Part shown: in pieces, positions 1 through 12,502 of the stretch
How positions within the stretch are numbered: position 1 is the stretch's first letter
How the letters are laid out: each line of letters opens with the position of its first letter
Source: Candidatus Gastranaerophilales bacterium
Lineage (GTDB): Bacteria > Cyanobacteriota > Vampirovibrionia > Gastranaerophilales > Gastranaerophilaceae
Direction of reading: 5' to 3'
DNA length: 64,000 nt
NCBI GenBank assembly: GCA_944323665.1
Contig: CALUTN010000183.1
Span: forward strand, 2,619 to 66,618
Program-made: the position numbers and the translations under genes
Notes under the pieces: model-generated
The model's input: only the letters and a program-made list of their open reading frames with translations
Told to the model about the DNA's origin: nothing
Databases searched by the model: none

Positions 1-133
1 TATATTTCTATCAGAGTCTTCATTTGTCTTACCTTCTGCAGACCATGCAGCCACAAGACCAGGGTAGATAAGGTCTCCCTTAGCTACCCGTAGTGCTTGA
101 TTAGTTAATAATCTTCTTCTAAATGTACTCATT
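1..133 (-). CDS. 5' part of a minus-strand gene that continues beyond the window start (MSTFRRRLLTNQALRVAKGDLIYPG...)
   Basis: ATG at 131-133 on minus strand; open to the window edge. Lies in the late-gene block. Confidence 0.3.
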
Positions 134-1708
134 TATTAAGCCCCTCCCATGACTGCTATATTGTTTACAATAGAAACCTAGTAAGTTTTATTATTGTCTA
201 CTAAACTGTCTCCTATCCACTTCACTGTTTCAGGTAATGTTAGCACTGTAGGAGTATCACCACTAGTGAATTCAAACATATATTCATTATATATATTAGG
301 TATCTCTGAACCCAGAGTGATGTTTAAAGAAGAAACTTCTCCAAATTTATATAATTTATTAGGTTCTATAGTTTTCGTAACTTCTCCCGATTCTGAAGAT
401 ATAGTACTTATAGCATCAGCCTTATTATTAATTACTTCCTATATAGTTTCAACCTCACTATAGTTAGTCCCATCATATCCTCCTACATTAACTACATAAA
501 AGTCTCCATTTTTCATTATCTCTATAGCATTTTTCTATTTAGAACTTTCCCAATTATTGAAATATCGAGTTCCATTACCTATAGAAAATAATGTTTTTTG
601 ATTATCCGCACTTCCAGTATTAGATTTATTAGAAATTCCAAAAGCAGATTCTCCAAAATTAGTAGCAATGGTTTGCCAGTTAAATGCACAAGTATTATCC
701 TAAATGGCTATACATCTACAACCTACTGCTATACTAGCACCATCTACAAAAGTTACAGGTACTGATAGACAGCCCCATCCTACTATAGAGCACTATTCAG
801 CTCTTCCCGATCCTATAGCTAATGACCATTGATCAGCATAACCTCCTACTTCTGCAGAATAATCATTAAAATCAGTATATGGATTTAACGTTTCTGATAC
901 TGTTATAGTTTCATTTTCTGGATCTATAGAAGTTACTACAGCATAGTATTGTTTAGTATCTTCACTATCTTCACTAATCTTATCTTTGCTCTTAATTATT
1001 CTATTTGAAAAATACTATGTAGGACAATTCCTCATCATCCAATAACCAGAACTACCATTAGAAACCACTTTATAAGTAGTACTATTCTTTATACCAGTAA
1101 GATAAAGGTTACTTAATAAATTATTCCCGATTAATATTGAGTTAGATTTTGAAACTCCTATCTATCCTTTTAATCCAGTAGAAAATCCATAACTTTCTTT
1201 ATTACCTATTGATATATACTCGTGATCAGTATCCTCTGATATAAAATCTATTAAATCCTATTTCTAGTTTAAAGCTTCTTGAGTCGCAGTAGAAATAGGT
1301 TTATCTAAATCAGAAGTATTATCTACATTTTCCAATCCAACCTAAGCTTTAGTAACATTATGTGGGTTATTATTATCTAATATATGTGAATTTAACTCAG
1401 ATTTTTTAGAATATGTAGTATTTATCTAGTTTCCATCAGAATCATATTTTGCTTTAAATTCATAGTTTTTACCATGAATTTGCATATTTTTAATTGTATC
1501 CATTAATTTATAATTAAATTCTCTTCTATTACTGCATGAGTATCTATATTATTTTTTACTTCTTCTAACTAATCTTTTGTAGCATAATTTTCTAATACAC
1601 TTTCATCTATTTCTCCAGATGAAATCTATCCTTTTATTACTTTAATTGGAATAGTAGCTTTTCTAAATCCATCCTATAAATATATTACTCCCATAATGTA
1701 TAAATTTA

Positions 1709-4285
1709 TTAACTTTCAGTTTCATCATCTATATTCCATCCAGCCTATCTATAATACTATAAGCTAGTAGAACTGTCTGTAATCTAAGTAGAATAAATAC
1801 TATAATTAGGTGAAGATAACTAAGAAATAGATCCAGTAGCTTTAGGCAATATCATGGTTCTAGCAATAACATTATCAGCTTCTCCTCCTAAATTTCCTAT
1901 TATTTTCATAACTACATCAGAAGTATTAGATAATTTAATGTTTTTAGCATCAAATCCAGATGAAAATAAATTTCCTTTTACAACCTAAATATAGTTACTA
2001 GCAAACATATTATTCATATTTAACTATGTAAAATAAGTTGGATCTAATCCTAATATTAACTAATTGTCTCCAAGTTTTCCTATAAAATTAAACTACTATG
2101 CTACATCTTCTGGTAAAATATGTCCTATAGCAGCCCATCTATTGATTCCTGCAAAAGCATTCTATAGTGATGAGGTAATCTAAGGAATAGAATCTTGTAA
2201 TAACACAAGTGAATAATTTACTACCTATTCATCTCCAAAAGATGAGTCCTATAATACTATATATTCTGAGTTAAAAGCATTATCTAATATACCATAACTA
2301 GTATATGAAGAAGGATAATGGACATATACATTATATGTAGTATTTTCCTATTTCCAACTTTTAACAAGTTGAGGTATTATAGTCTATCCTTTCCATAAAT
2401 TAGTACACTTTACAGTCTTACTATTTTTAAATATATTCTTAGGTATAATTCCATTTAATGCTGTTTTACAAGCTAAAGCAGCCTAAACTCCATAAGACAA
2501 GTCATACTCACTAGTGGTAGAAATATTTGCTTTTAGTCCGTAGAATAAATCTGGAGGAATAATCAATCTATTAGCATCACCATTAATTGATGGGTTAGTA
2601 ATAGATGTTCCTTGTATATTTGCTACATATCCACCTTGTAAGTTCTCTGCATCAGTTACTTCTGTGACCTATTCTAAAGTATGCTATGTATAAACATAAT
2701 TAGGTTCTTCATCTGAAGATATTAAAGTTCTAGTATAATACTCAGTATATTCTTCATCTAAAGAATCTACAACTCTAGCTTTCTTAATGGAATATAAAGC
2801 AGGATTATATTGAAGACATTCTTGAGTCCATTCACAATTTTCAAATAAGAAAGACATGTCATACATTACTTGACTATAATTATAATTATAGAATGTAGCA
2901 GGTTCATAATTATCTTCTTTCTTTATCCATACACTTTCTATAACTTCATTTCTCTTTTTAAACATATCAAATGGAATAGCTACTCCAAACTTACAACCTC
3001 TAAACATTCCCATTACATTTTCCAGTGATGGAATCGTTCTACAGAAATTAGTATCCATCATTAAGTTATTAGAACTAGAAGCTTCTAAAGTAGTTTTGTT
3101 CTAGAAATCATTAAAAGCTAAGGCTGCTTTTTTAATCCTTGAATTTACAGTACTTCCAAAAGTCCATGTTCCAAGAGAACCTACTACAGTTACATTTCTA
3201 AATATAGTATTTATACTAGTTAAGGATTTTGATTTTAAAATCTTCTCACATAGAATACTATAATTTTCAGCAGAAATATATTTAGCACAAGCGTTACATT
3301 TAGTATTATAATGTAAATTATAATCCATTTTAAATATCTCACTCTGATTAACTAACTTATCCCAATTATACATATTAAAATAATCAGCTGTCTAATCAGT
3401 TAGAGTTGATTTATTCCAAGATTCACTTATTGAGATAACATTAGGAAGCTGTTTACATAAGTTTTCATATCCTTTGTATTTACTTTGTTCAGGACATACA
3501 TAACTCATACTAGATAACTTAACCCAAGCAGCTGTAAAAGTATTAGTCCAATCTAATGTATACTAACTAGTAGTCTATATATATCTTAAACTAATTAATT
3601 TTGTAGGAGATTGTCCACCAGGGTTTAAGAACTCTGACATCTTTATATCACTATCAGAAGATAGTATTTCTCCAGAACTGTCTACAAAAGTAATATGAGT
3701 TACTCCTCCATTATAAGATCCAAAAGGTAAATAAGTAACTTTAGTTATAGTTCCTTGAAATAAATCTATCGGAACATACAAAATACTGAGAGAATCTTTA
3801 GTACAAAAAGCCTAATCATAATTACATCCTTCAGTAGATCCTAACTACATAAAGTTCTTATTAATAGCATTTACTCCTGTATTCTGAGGATTATAAAATA
3901 AGTAAGATGCATTAGTAACTTTAGATAATTTACCAAAATTTGGGTAAGAACTTTCTGATATACTAGTTTTCAAATCCTCTAAGCTAAATACTGCAAGAGT
4001 ACAATATGCAAACATATACGAAATATTAGTAATAGAGTTTTCTATTGGTATAATATTATCAATAATATGTTTTACTTCTTTCCAAGTATTATTATAAAGT
4101 TTATAGTATTTATCTTCATCTATAACATAACATAACATTCCTGACTTTCTTCTCTTGGTTGGAATATTATCTCTATCAGAGACTGACTATACACTATAAA
4201 CACCTCCTCTAACATTATTAGAATCAATTAATGCAAAGTCCTAATTATTCTTTTGTACAATTTCACTAATTAATTCAATTGCCAT
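1709..4285 (-). CDS. Tail fibre / receptor-binding-like protein with BspA-type leucine-rich repeats, about 858 aa, TAG-recoded with about 25 in-frame TAG codons
   Basis: Track fragments 2684..3061, 3101..3373, 3575..3781 and 3845..4138 share one frame. Hand scan of that frame from 4285 down to 1709 finds TAG but no TAA or TGA until the TAA at 1709-1711. The first TAA upstream is at 4298. Repeats of the type SYMFAYCTLAVFS and VMGMFRGCKFG resemble BspA-like LRRs. Confidence 0.5.
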
Positions 4286-5242
4286 ATTATTGTATAGTTA
4301 TTGTAGTTCTACCTAAATTATCATTATCACTTCTATATACTCTGTAACGAGTAAACGTCTATGTATTATATCTATCTATTACTACATTATCATCTAACAA
4401 AGTAAATCCTCCAGAGAAACCATTTACTACAAACTCAGCTTCTCCATATGAATATGGAATACAAATAAATATATAATTTCCTACAGAATTAGAATCTACT
4501 GTAATTGTAGTTTTTCTAGAACTCTATAATAAACGTGATAATGATATTATCTAGGACTCATTAATAGTCTCCTAATTTAAACTTCCATAATATATTCCTG
4601 GATAAAATCTAAGAGAAGCAGAAGATTTCTATACTGTATAACCATCATTTACTTCTAATTCTTTAGTAATAGTATTCTTAAATTCTCCCTATATTGTAAT
4701 CGTTCGTAAAGAGTTATCTATTAATTCCCCATCAAATTTTTGATATTTAATGTTAGATACATTATATGTCCAGTTATACACTATAGAAGTTACTAACTCT
4801 CCTAGTTCTTTTATATTCGGATTACATATAAAAGTAATAGTTAGATCTTTTCTTAAAATATAATCTAAAGCATCCTAAAGTGTTTTAATATTTTCATATT
4901 CTGGATTATGATATATTATTTGAGATATAGCAGAATCTCCATCTAATATTTCTTTATCTACTTTATTATTCTATAGAGCTATGAGTATATCATATAAATC
5001 TTTTTGATTCTATAAATAACCATTAATAGATCCCCAATTTATTTCAGTAGAAGAAATTCCAAGATTTTCTCTAGCTTTTGCTTTTTCAGATTCTGTTTTA
5101 AACTCAGATAGATAATTCTTTTTTAATAGGGCATCATTATTGCATTCTACTATATTAACAGTAACATTATCACATTCATGTTTAATATCTTCTTCATTTT
5201 TTGGAAACAATAGATTATCAGATCTGGTGTCGCCTATTAAAT

Positions 5243-6028
5243 TCATAATAAATTACGATTTAAATAAAATTCTATAATAAAATTTTTGTTTTCTAAATAA
5301 GAATATATTTCTAATAAACTTATTTCTTCTAAGATTAATTCATAGTTTATATTCTTTCCTTTAGACAAATTATCTATTAAAATGTTATAATCATCTATAA
5401 TTTTTCTTTTTAAGTCATTAATTACACCCACAACTATTTATTTTATCAGTTACATATGATTTACAGAATCCTCCACATCTATTTATTTTTTCTAATATTC
5501 TCTAAGATTCTTTCATCTAATTAAATTCTACATTATATTTTATAATATTTAGAGTCATCCATAAAATATCTCTTTTAAATGTAAGATCAGTGTCTAAATT
5601 ATTACATCTATATTAACTTCTGTTAAATTATTATTGATATAATGATATATATTAATTCCATCTGTAACATATATATTAATAGGATATAAAGTAAGATTAT
5701 CCTCTTTTTCTAGTTCTTTATTTAACCAATCTAAAGTTGGGAGTATAAAATGATGTATAGTATAATATCCGTCTTTTTTTAATTTATACTCTATTTCATC
5801 TATTTCAGAAGTATGATCATTAATTATAGTATCTTCTATATTAGACTACTAAATAGAATTATACTAAATAATATTTATGGTCATAGTTTCACTATATTTA
5901 AATTTATTATTCTAATTATGAATTAGAGTATCTTCTATATCTTCTGGTATATATTCATTAGAATCCTGAGTTAAATCCTAGATTTTAATTATGTCTCCTT
6001 TTCCACAAATTTCAACTATGGGTTTCAT
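5243..6028 (-). CDS. TAG-recoded late gene (MKPIVEICGKGDIIKIQDLTQDSNEYIPEDIEDT...); 3' end not resolved and may extend further down
   Basis: ATG at 6026-6028 overlaps the stop of the upstream gene (TAATG). In-frame TAG codons are present. Track fragment 5243..5431 is in the same frame. Confidence 0.3.
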
Positions 6029-7002
6029 TATAATTGTCTTATTTTATCATTATATGGATTTCCATCTCTTAGTTGAGATAATTCTATATCAGTTCTTTTT
6101 TCTTCTATATCTAATTGTCTATCTCTGTAAGTTCTATCAGTCTAAGCTTTAAACCAATTTACCTAATATTCAAGATTTATTTTTTGCTACTCTAACTACA
6201 TTTTATATTCATCTAATTGCTTTATTTTTTGTTCAGCTTTAGAAAGATTCTACTATAACTCCTATGCCTATTGGGAAGTTTCCTCTAATTTAACTTGTAA
6301 TTGCTAAAGTTGATTATTTTCTTCTTTTTGTATCTATAAAGCCTTTTTTACTTTATATTTTAAATCAGTCATACTTTTGGCAGTTAAAGCTTCTAGTATT
6401 ATATCTGGAGTAACCTAATTACTTTTAATGAATTCAGGAATTATAGATTTTATTGTCTACATATCTTCCATAACCTATGTACTAGATATTATATGTATGT
6501 CATAATCAGTTAAAGTAAAATATTCAGGTAAAGCAGTAAATATTTGCTAATACTTATCTCCTAATATTATTGTACCAGTTAAACCTTTTTTATAAGTGAT
6601 TTTTGCTTGATTTAAACTATCTAATAATATTTCACAAGAGACTAAATCCATCTACTAAAAATAATGTTTAGTAACTATAAATGAATTGGCTACTCCCTAT
6701 TTTATGTTTGTTACTGCATCTCTCTACTCTATTCCATTTAGTCTTTCTCTAAATACTCCAGTAATAGAAGATGTAGTCTATTCCACTGACTATATTGCTA
6801 ATTCTATAGCCTATATAGCCTAAGCTTTTAAAGTATCGTCAAAGCCATTAAAGATAGTATTTAATGGAGCGTTTCCATTATCATTTCTACCTTCTTGAGA
6901 ACTATCTACCCACATTATACCTGTTTTCTTATAGGCTAACCATTTTTCTACTCTCTCAGGCCATTTTACTCCTAAATTTGTCGGTAATAAAGACATATCC
7001 AT
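6028..7002 (-). CDS. TAG-recoded late (structural?) protein, about 324 aa, Gln-rich if TAG=Q
   Basis: Frame of track ORF 6820..7002 followed by hand. There are 20+ in-frame TAGs and the first TAA is at 6028-6030. Q-rich context such as KAQAIQAIELAIQSVEQ. Confidence 0.45.
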
Positions 7003-7063
7003 TATTACTCCAGAAGTTCCACTATTAGCTACTAAAGAATCTCTATAATAATTTAAAAGATCA

Positions 7064-8014
7064 TATCGTATTATCTTCCATCTGAGTCGTTAATTCAGAA
7101 GCGTTCTCTAATGAACTGCTCTAGTTTTCACTAGAAGTTGAGACTATATCATATTTTATATTTTCTAATATTGTTGGTAACAATTCGTTAGTAAATGTTT
7201 CAGTAGAAGAATTATATTCCCATTTATTAGGTTTATATAAGTTAGGTCTAATAATTTTTTTTAATTTAGTTTCAAACTCTTTACATTGTAAAGCATCTTC
7301 AAAAGTATGAATAAATATAACTTCTATATTATATCCTAATGCTTTATATTCTCTAAATCTTCTTACCTTACCATTATCAGTAATATAAGATACTCCTAAT
7401 TTATAAAAACTTTCATTTTCATTAAAAAGTTTTATTAAATAAAAAGTATTAGATTTTTCCCAAAATTTATTACATTCTGGACATCCAGATCCTAAAAATA
7501 TAGAATCAGAATCTACAGATTGTTTACCATGAATAGGACATATTAGAGTAACTCTCCCTTTATGTCTATCTGTGGAATCTACTTCAAAATCGTACTTATT
7601 ATTATATAAAAATAATAATTGATTTTTAAAATATTCTTTTCTATTTACTGCAGTTCTTATAGTAGGTATATGTCCATGAATTAAATTGTCAGGATTTACA
7701 CTAACTAATCCATATTTAGTATTAAATAACATTTTTTGTTTCATTGTTACATATTCTGAAGCAGGAGTAACTAATTCAGCTATTTTAGGCTATTCGATTT
7801 TAAGCATTCCCATAAAATATTCTGTTTTATTTAAAGCCATTTTAATAGTAGGTTTACCTCTAAAAATAGCTCCTGCTTTTGGAATACTCAATATTCCATA
7901 TTTATCTTCTACTAAAATAGGAAAATTTAAACCTTTAAATTTACTAACTACTTTTAATTCACCTTTATATTCTTCGGTTACTTTCTTTTTAAATTCTTCT
8001 TCGTTAAGTTTCAT
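7064..8014 (-). CDS. T5orf172 / GIY-YIG-superfamily-like putative homing endonuclease, with one in-frame TAG at 7790 joining track ORFs 7790..8014 and 7121..7744
   Basis: The two track ORFs are in the same frame, separated only by TAG plus 15 codons. C-terminal pattern FYLIKL..FYKLGVS...RRFREYKALGYNIEVIFIHTF. The N-terminal half contains a duplicated segment (PTIKMALNKTEYF and PTIRTAVNRKEYF). The end is either the TAG at 7121 or the TGA at 7061. Confidence 0.45.
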
Positions 8015-8245
8015 AACTACTTTTATTTTTAATTAAACAATAAAATTATATAAAATTCCCGCACTTCGAACCACTTGGTTCTACATAATAGTCGTTGAGC
8101 CTTCAATTAAGCTTGGCTGCTGATTGTCCAATCTTATCCTTGTTCATCATTTCATTTACATGAAACTATAGATAAGCTCTAAGGAGTTTCCAGCAATTCA
8201 CGGGATTTAAACAGGACCGATATATTAATCCTGTAGATGAGCACA

Positions 8246-9364
8246 TTTAAGTATTAAAGAATAGGGCTATTGAGACCTATTTAAAAAATAAACTCCATTA
8301 ATTGATAATGAACAATAATTTGGATTATCTTTAGATCTTATTACATTTTTATCTTCTCCTCTAAGTATAAACATATCTTCCCCTATTCTAATAGTACTGT
8401 ATCTTCTCATTATGAAATTATCATCAGTTTCTAACCACTCAATTTCATAAACTGGTATTAATTGAAATCTTGTAGAACTATATTCATTATCTGGATATCC
8501 AGGAATAGTCTCATTAGTTTCTTTTCCATCATTTACAGTAATGCATGAATCAGCTGTAAAAACCCTTTGATATATAGCAGCCCCATCACTATCATACCAA
8601 TCATCTTTTAATTGCTATAAGTCTTTTTTAGATAGTTCTTTTCCATATTTTGCTAATATTTGATTTTTTGTTAACCAATGTCTTACCACAGATCTATATG
8701 AATTTTTAACATATGGAGATTCTGGATTTCTATCTATAAAAGTGTTTAATGGATTTAATACTTCTATCTCTATATTAGAACCACTAGAAGACTATTTCAC
8801 TTTAAAGAAAGTATATCCTGTTATTAATAAATCAGTTAAGAGCTACCTTAGTTTTGTTATTAAATCTGTTTCTCTGGATTGCAATATATACTAAACAATA
8901 TACTATGCTGCTATTTCAAATTGGGATATAAATGATTGATCTATTTCCTGTACTATTTTATCTAGCTAATCCTTTATTGTTTTATCTGTTATATCTTTTC
9001 CATCTATAAATCTTAAAATAGAATTGTTTAAATGAGCTTTTAAAAAATTAACAACTCCTTCTAATATTTTTAATTGCTTCTCTCTGGTAATACTAGATAT
9101 AGTTTCAGAATCTTTACAAGATATTTTTGGAAGTATCGGAGTTCCTAAATATTCTCCAACTAATGCATCAATATGTTTTTTTAATAAAGGTGTAAATTCT
9201 ACTGATGTTGGACTTCCTATTCCAAAATTCTCTTCTAAATATTTATACTATTCTGGATCTCTTTTTCCATTATAATAATTGTAAGCTTTTTGAAGTTCCC
9301 ATTTATTGTATACTAATTCAGAGATAGCTTTATTAGTTTTATCAATAAGTTCTTTGTCTGTCAT
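8246..9364 (-). CDS. TAG-recoded protein downstream of terminase, tentatively portal-like; N-terminus MTDKELIDKTNKAISELVYNKWELQKAYNYYNGKRD...
   Basis: ATG at 9362-9364. Frame followed by hand through at least 10 TAG codons to the TAA at 8246-8248. Position after TerL and the YNYYNGK motif suggest portal, but at about 372 aa it is short for a portal protein. Confidence 0.35.
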
Positions 9365-9584
9365 TACATAAATTTATATATTCTGGAGGAAGTTTAGTTG
9401 CACCAAAGTATTTAACTCTTTGAAGTTTTCTTTTTCTTAATTCCTCTTTAATAAAGGGTAGAAATTCTTCATCTGGTAAATCAGCAATAATAACCAATGG
9501 CATTTCTGATCTGTCAAAATTAAACGATACTTTATAACCAATCGGATTTAATGGTAATATTTCAATACCTCCTATATATTCCAT
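9342..9584 (-). CDS. Hypothetical 80-aa protein (no TAG)
   Basis: Track ORF. Overlaps the TerL 3' end and the start of the portal-like gene. Confidence 0.3.
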   Translation of the reverse strand: MEYIGGIEILPLNPIGYKVSFNFDRSEMPLVIIADLPDEEFLPFIKEELRKRKLQRVKYFGATKLPPEYINLCNDRQRTY

Positions 9585-11919
9585 CTAATATAGTTCTCTA
9601 ATGTAATCTAGGATCACTTGTTTCAATTCCGTAGTTGTCATTATAATTTTCTCTAGATATATTAATTTGTATATACTATTTCTTCGGTATAACACCATGT
9701 CTTATATAACCTTTTTCATCTCTATAATATCCAAAATCCTAAAATTCTTCTTGTTCCTTTATTACAGTGGTGGGCTGTCTTCCAGATAGTTCTTGGTCAG
9801 CTAATTCTGTCATACCCATTGCTGCTATAATATCAAACTTACCTTTATTTTCATCATTATAACCAGTAAGCTAATCTAGCATTTCTTCAAACCATATAGT
9901 ATGACAATAATCTTCTACAAAATTAGCAGTTAAGTCAGTATGTAGTTCTATTATAAGTTTAGTAGCAGGAGTTCCATACTATTTAGTAGTACCGTTTTTA
10001 ATATCAGTTAGTGTAGCTCTTGGACGTTTCATAAAATATTGTAATCCTTTATTTTCTTTGGCCCAAGTAACCATACCCATACGAGTAGCTTCTATATTTA
10101 TTTTGCAATTATAGTATCTAGCTAAACACATAGCTATTTTATATGCTTCTCTAATATTTCCTGGTCTATCCTTATACATAGCAACATACTATGGATCATT
10201 AAGTCCAAATGCTCTCTTTTTAATTGTTATACAAAATTCAGAAGGATCTCTAGTTTCTTTAGAAGTCTGATTAGCACCAATATCAATTCCGTCTATTCCA
10301 GCTACATATAAATCATTCATTTCTTTGTATACTGGAATATTAAATTCCTCACCTTTTTCCTCTGCTTCCTATTTTAATTTAAGCATTTTTTCCTAATATA
10401 ATTCTGACCAGATTGGATGCTCCAGTATTTTAACTTTTCCATTTTGGTTCGGAATCCATTTAAATCCTGATATATTTTCTAAAGAATGCTAATTATTTTT
10501 ATAGTAATAATCTATTATTCCAGATTCTGGTCTAGGACCTTGTTTATGAAGTCTAATAATTGCTAACTAATTAGCAATATTAATTTTATTAAATTTATTT
10601 ACTCCTTCAAGATTAAAGGCTTCCTCAGCATTCCAGCATCTTTCGGCGCACTTCTTTAGATATTCTTCTGGTACTGCTAATAAATTATCTCTTTCTTCCT
10701 AAAGAAATTTTTTATATTCATCAATATTACAAACCCCTCTATTATCCATAAATTCTGGATTTAGTGACTATAGAAAATAAGGAATAAAAAAACCACTTTC
10801 TATTGTAGTCCCATCCTAAGTCCAATTATGTCTAAAAGGTAGTATCTTAAATGATCTGGGATTATAATATATTTTTTTAAGACCTTCTAATGGTGCTCCC
10901 ATATCTCCTCCTGTTCCACCAAATAGCATTGTACCTCTAGGAACACCCTGTACTTCACATAATTCCTATCCTTGTACAACTGCAGTAGTAAGTCCTGGCC
11001 ATGAACCTGCTTCATCATATATTAATAAATCAACACGATCACCACGAATATTGGATGGTTTAGAACCGTTAATAGCTAAAACTTCTGATTGAAATCCTAT
11101 ATCTTCAAACTAACCATCTACCTTTATCTATTTTCCAGACTTTTTTCTTAAATCTTGATCTATAAGTCTTCTTTTAAAGAATCCTCCTCCAGTACAAGTA
11201 TTTAAAAAAGTTAAAGCATGATCAAATTTATTGAATGTACCTTTTAAGAAAGTGTCATTGAAGCAAGTAATCATTACTCTACTTTTTCTAATTACTGAAT
11301 ACATTCTTGCAGATAAAGAAGCATTTATTTCAGAAAAACCAATTGAACGAGCTTTCATTAAAGCAGCATGTTTATGAAGAACCCTTGCCATCTATAAATA
11401 ATGAAAGAACATGTAATGAGAAGCAAAAAATATAGGAAAGTCATCATTAGTTCCAGAACCAGAAGCCTAGTTAGCATCAATAGTAGGTAACTAATAAAAG
11501 TTTAAGAAAAAATAGTTATCTCCAGTTATAGTATAACCATTAACTGTCATTCCATATTTACATCTTCTATATTGCTCTTTCCAAAATTCGTTATATCTTT
11601 TACTATCTTTTAAGTAGGGGCAATACTTTCCAGTTTTCTTATATATTTCTCTAGTTTCAGTAAACCAATTAGGATTAAAATCTAATCCATGGGTTTTATC
11701 AATTGGTTTATATCCAGTTAATTCGTATGATAATGTAGGATCAAATACATCTATTTTTTCGTCTTTTTTTACATCCCAATAGTCTGGATCTTTAGATCTT
11801 TCTTCTCTTAATTTCTATATTACTTCTCTTGTTTCCTTTATATCTTTTTCGTGTTCTTCTTTCTTTATCTAATCTATTATTTCTTGTACTTCAGATACTA
11901 TTTTCTTTTTTCTTCCCAT
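9562..11919 (-). CDS. terL: Terminase large subunit, TAG-recoded (about 785 aa; more than 10 in-frame TAG)
   Basis: Hand translation joins track ORFs 11128..11391 and 9979..10179 plus the intervening segments in one frame. Motifs include ...YGMTVNGYTITGDNYFF..., ...NTCTGGGFFKRRLIDQD... and ...VDLLIYDEAGSWPGLTTAVVQG(Q)ELCEVQGVPRGTMLFGGTGGDMGAPLEG... The gene ends with TGA at 9562-9564 and starts with the ATG at 11917-11919. Confidence 0.6.
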
Positions 11920-11921
11920 AA

Positions 11922-12483
11922 TTAAAAATCTCCTGGGTCAAATCCATCTTCTCCTCCACCTCTTATAGTAGACTGTTCAGTAAGTTCTTTTTTAACTTCA
12001 TTTTCTAAAGTAACCAATTCCTCATGTACTTTATGTAATTGAGCCATTTCTTTCATTACTTTTTCAGCCTAAAAAATAGGTTTACCGTTATTATCTCTCT
12101 CATTTAAATCTACTATAGTATCAAAATAATCTATAAACTAATCTGCAGCTCTTTTAGCTGCTTCTAATAATTTTATAGATTTATTGGAATCCTATAAAGA
12201 TCTATATTTTCTACAAGCTTCTCTAAATATAGGATCATTAAATTCCTATTCAGTTAAACCGGAATCACTTAAAGCTTCTTCATGCCTTTCTTGTTCTGTA
12301 TATTGATTATAAGGACTCTTCCAATCTATAGCTAGATAAATATAAGATAACTCTCTTTCTAATCTTTTCTTAGATTTAGTATTATCTCTCTATAGAAGAT
12401 TTTTGAATTCTTTAACCAGTAAAATTTCCGGTTCATTAATTTCTAGGCTTTTAGTCAAAGAATTAAAATTAAAGATATTCATA
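11922..12483 (-). CDS. Terminase small-subunit-like protein, TAG-recoded (about 186 aa)
   Basis: ATG at 12481-12483. Several in-frame TAGs. The TAA stop is 5 nt upstream of the TerL ATG. Assigned by position; no motif recognised. Confidence 0.35.
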
Positions 12484-12502
12484 TTAGTTATTTTCTAATA
12501 TT

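Noticed and set aside
194-463. Plus-strand ORF of 89 aa in the track
   Set aside because: It lies antisense within the TAG-recoded minus-strand late-gene region. It is hydrophobic and AT-biased, with no partner genes on that strand, so it is most likely spurious.
8015-8245. Possible group I intron in the non-coding gap of the structural operon
   Set aside because: P-like (GTGCGGGAA), Q-like (AATCAGCAGCC) and R-like (ACGACTATTATG) strings occur on the minus strand but in the wrong 5'-3' order for a group I core. I could not build P1 or P7.
9562-9564. Possibility that TGA is also recoded
   Set aside because: TerL, gene 16716..17216 and several other recoded genes terminate cleanly at TGA or TAA exactly where homologous proteins end. 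Only TAG shows in-frame read-through.
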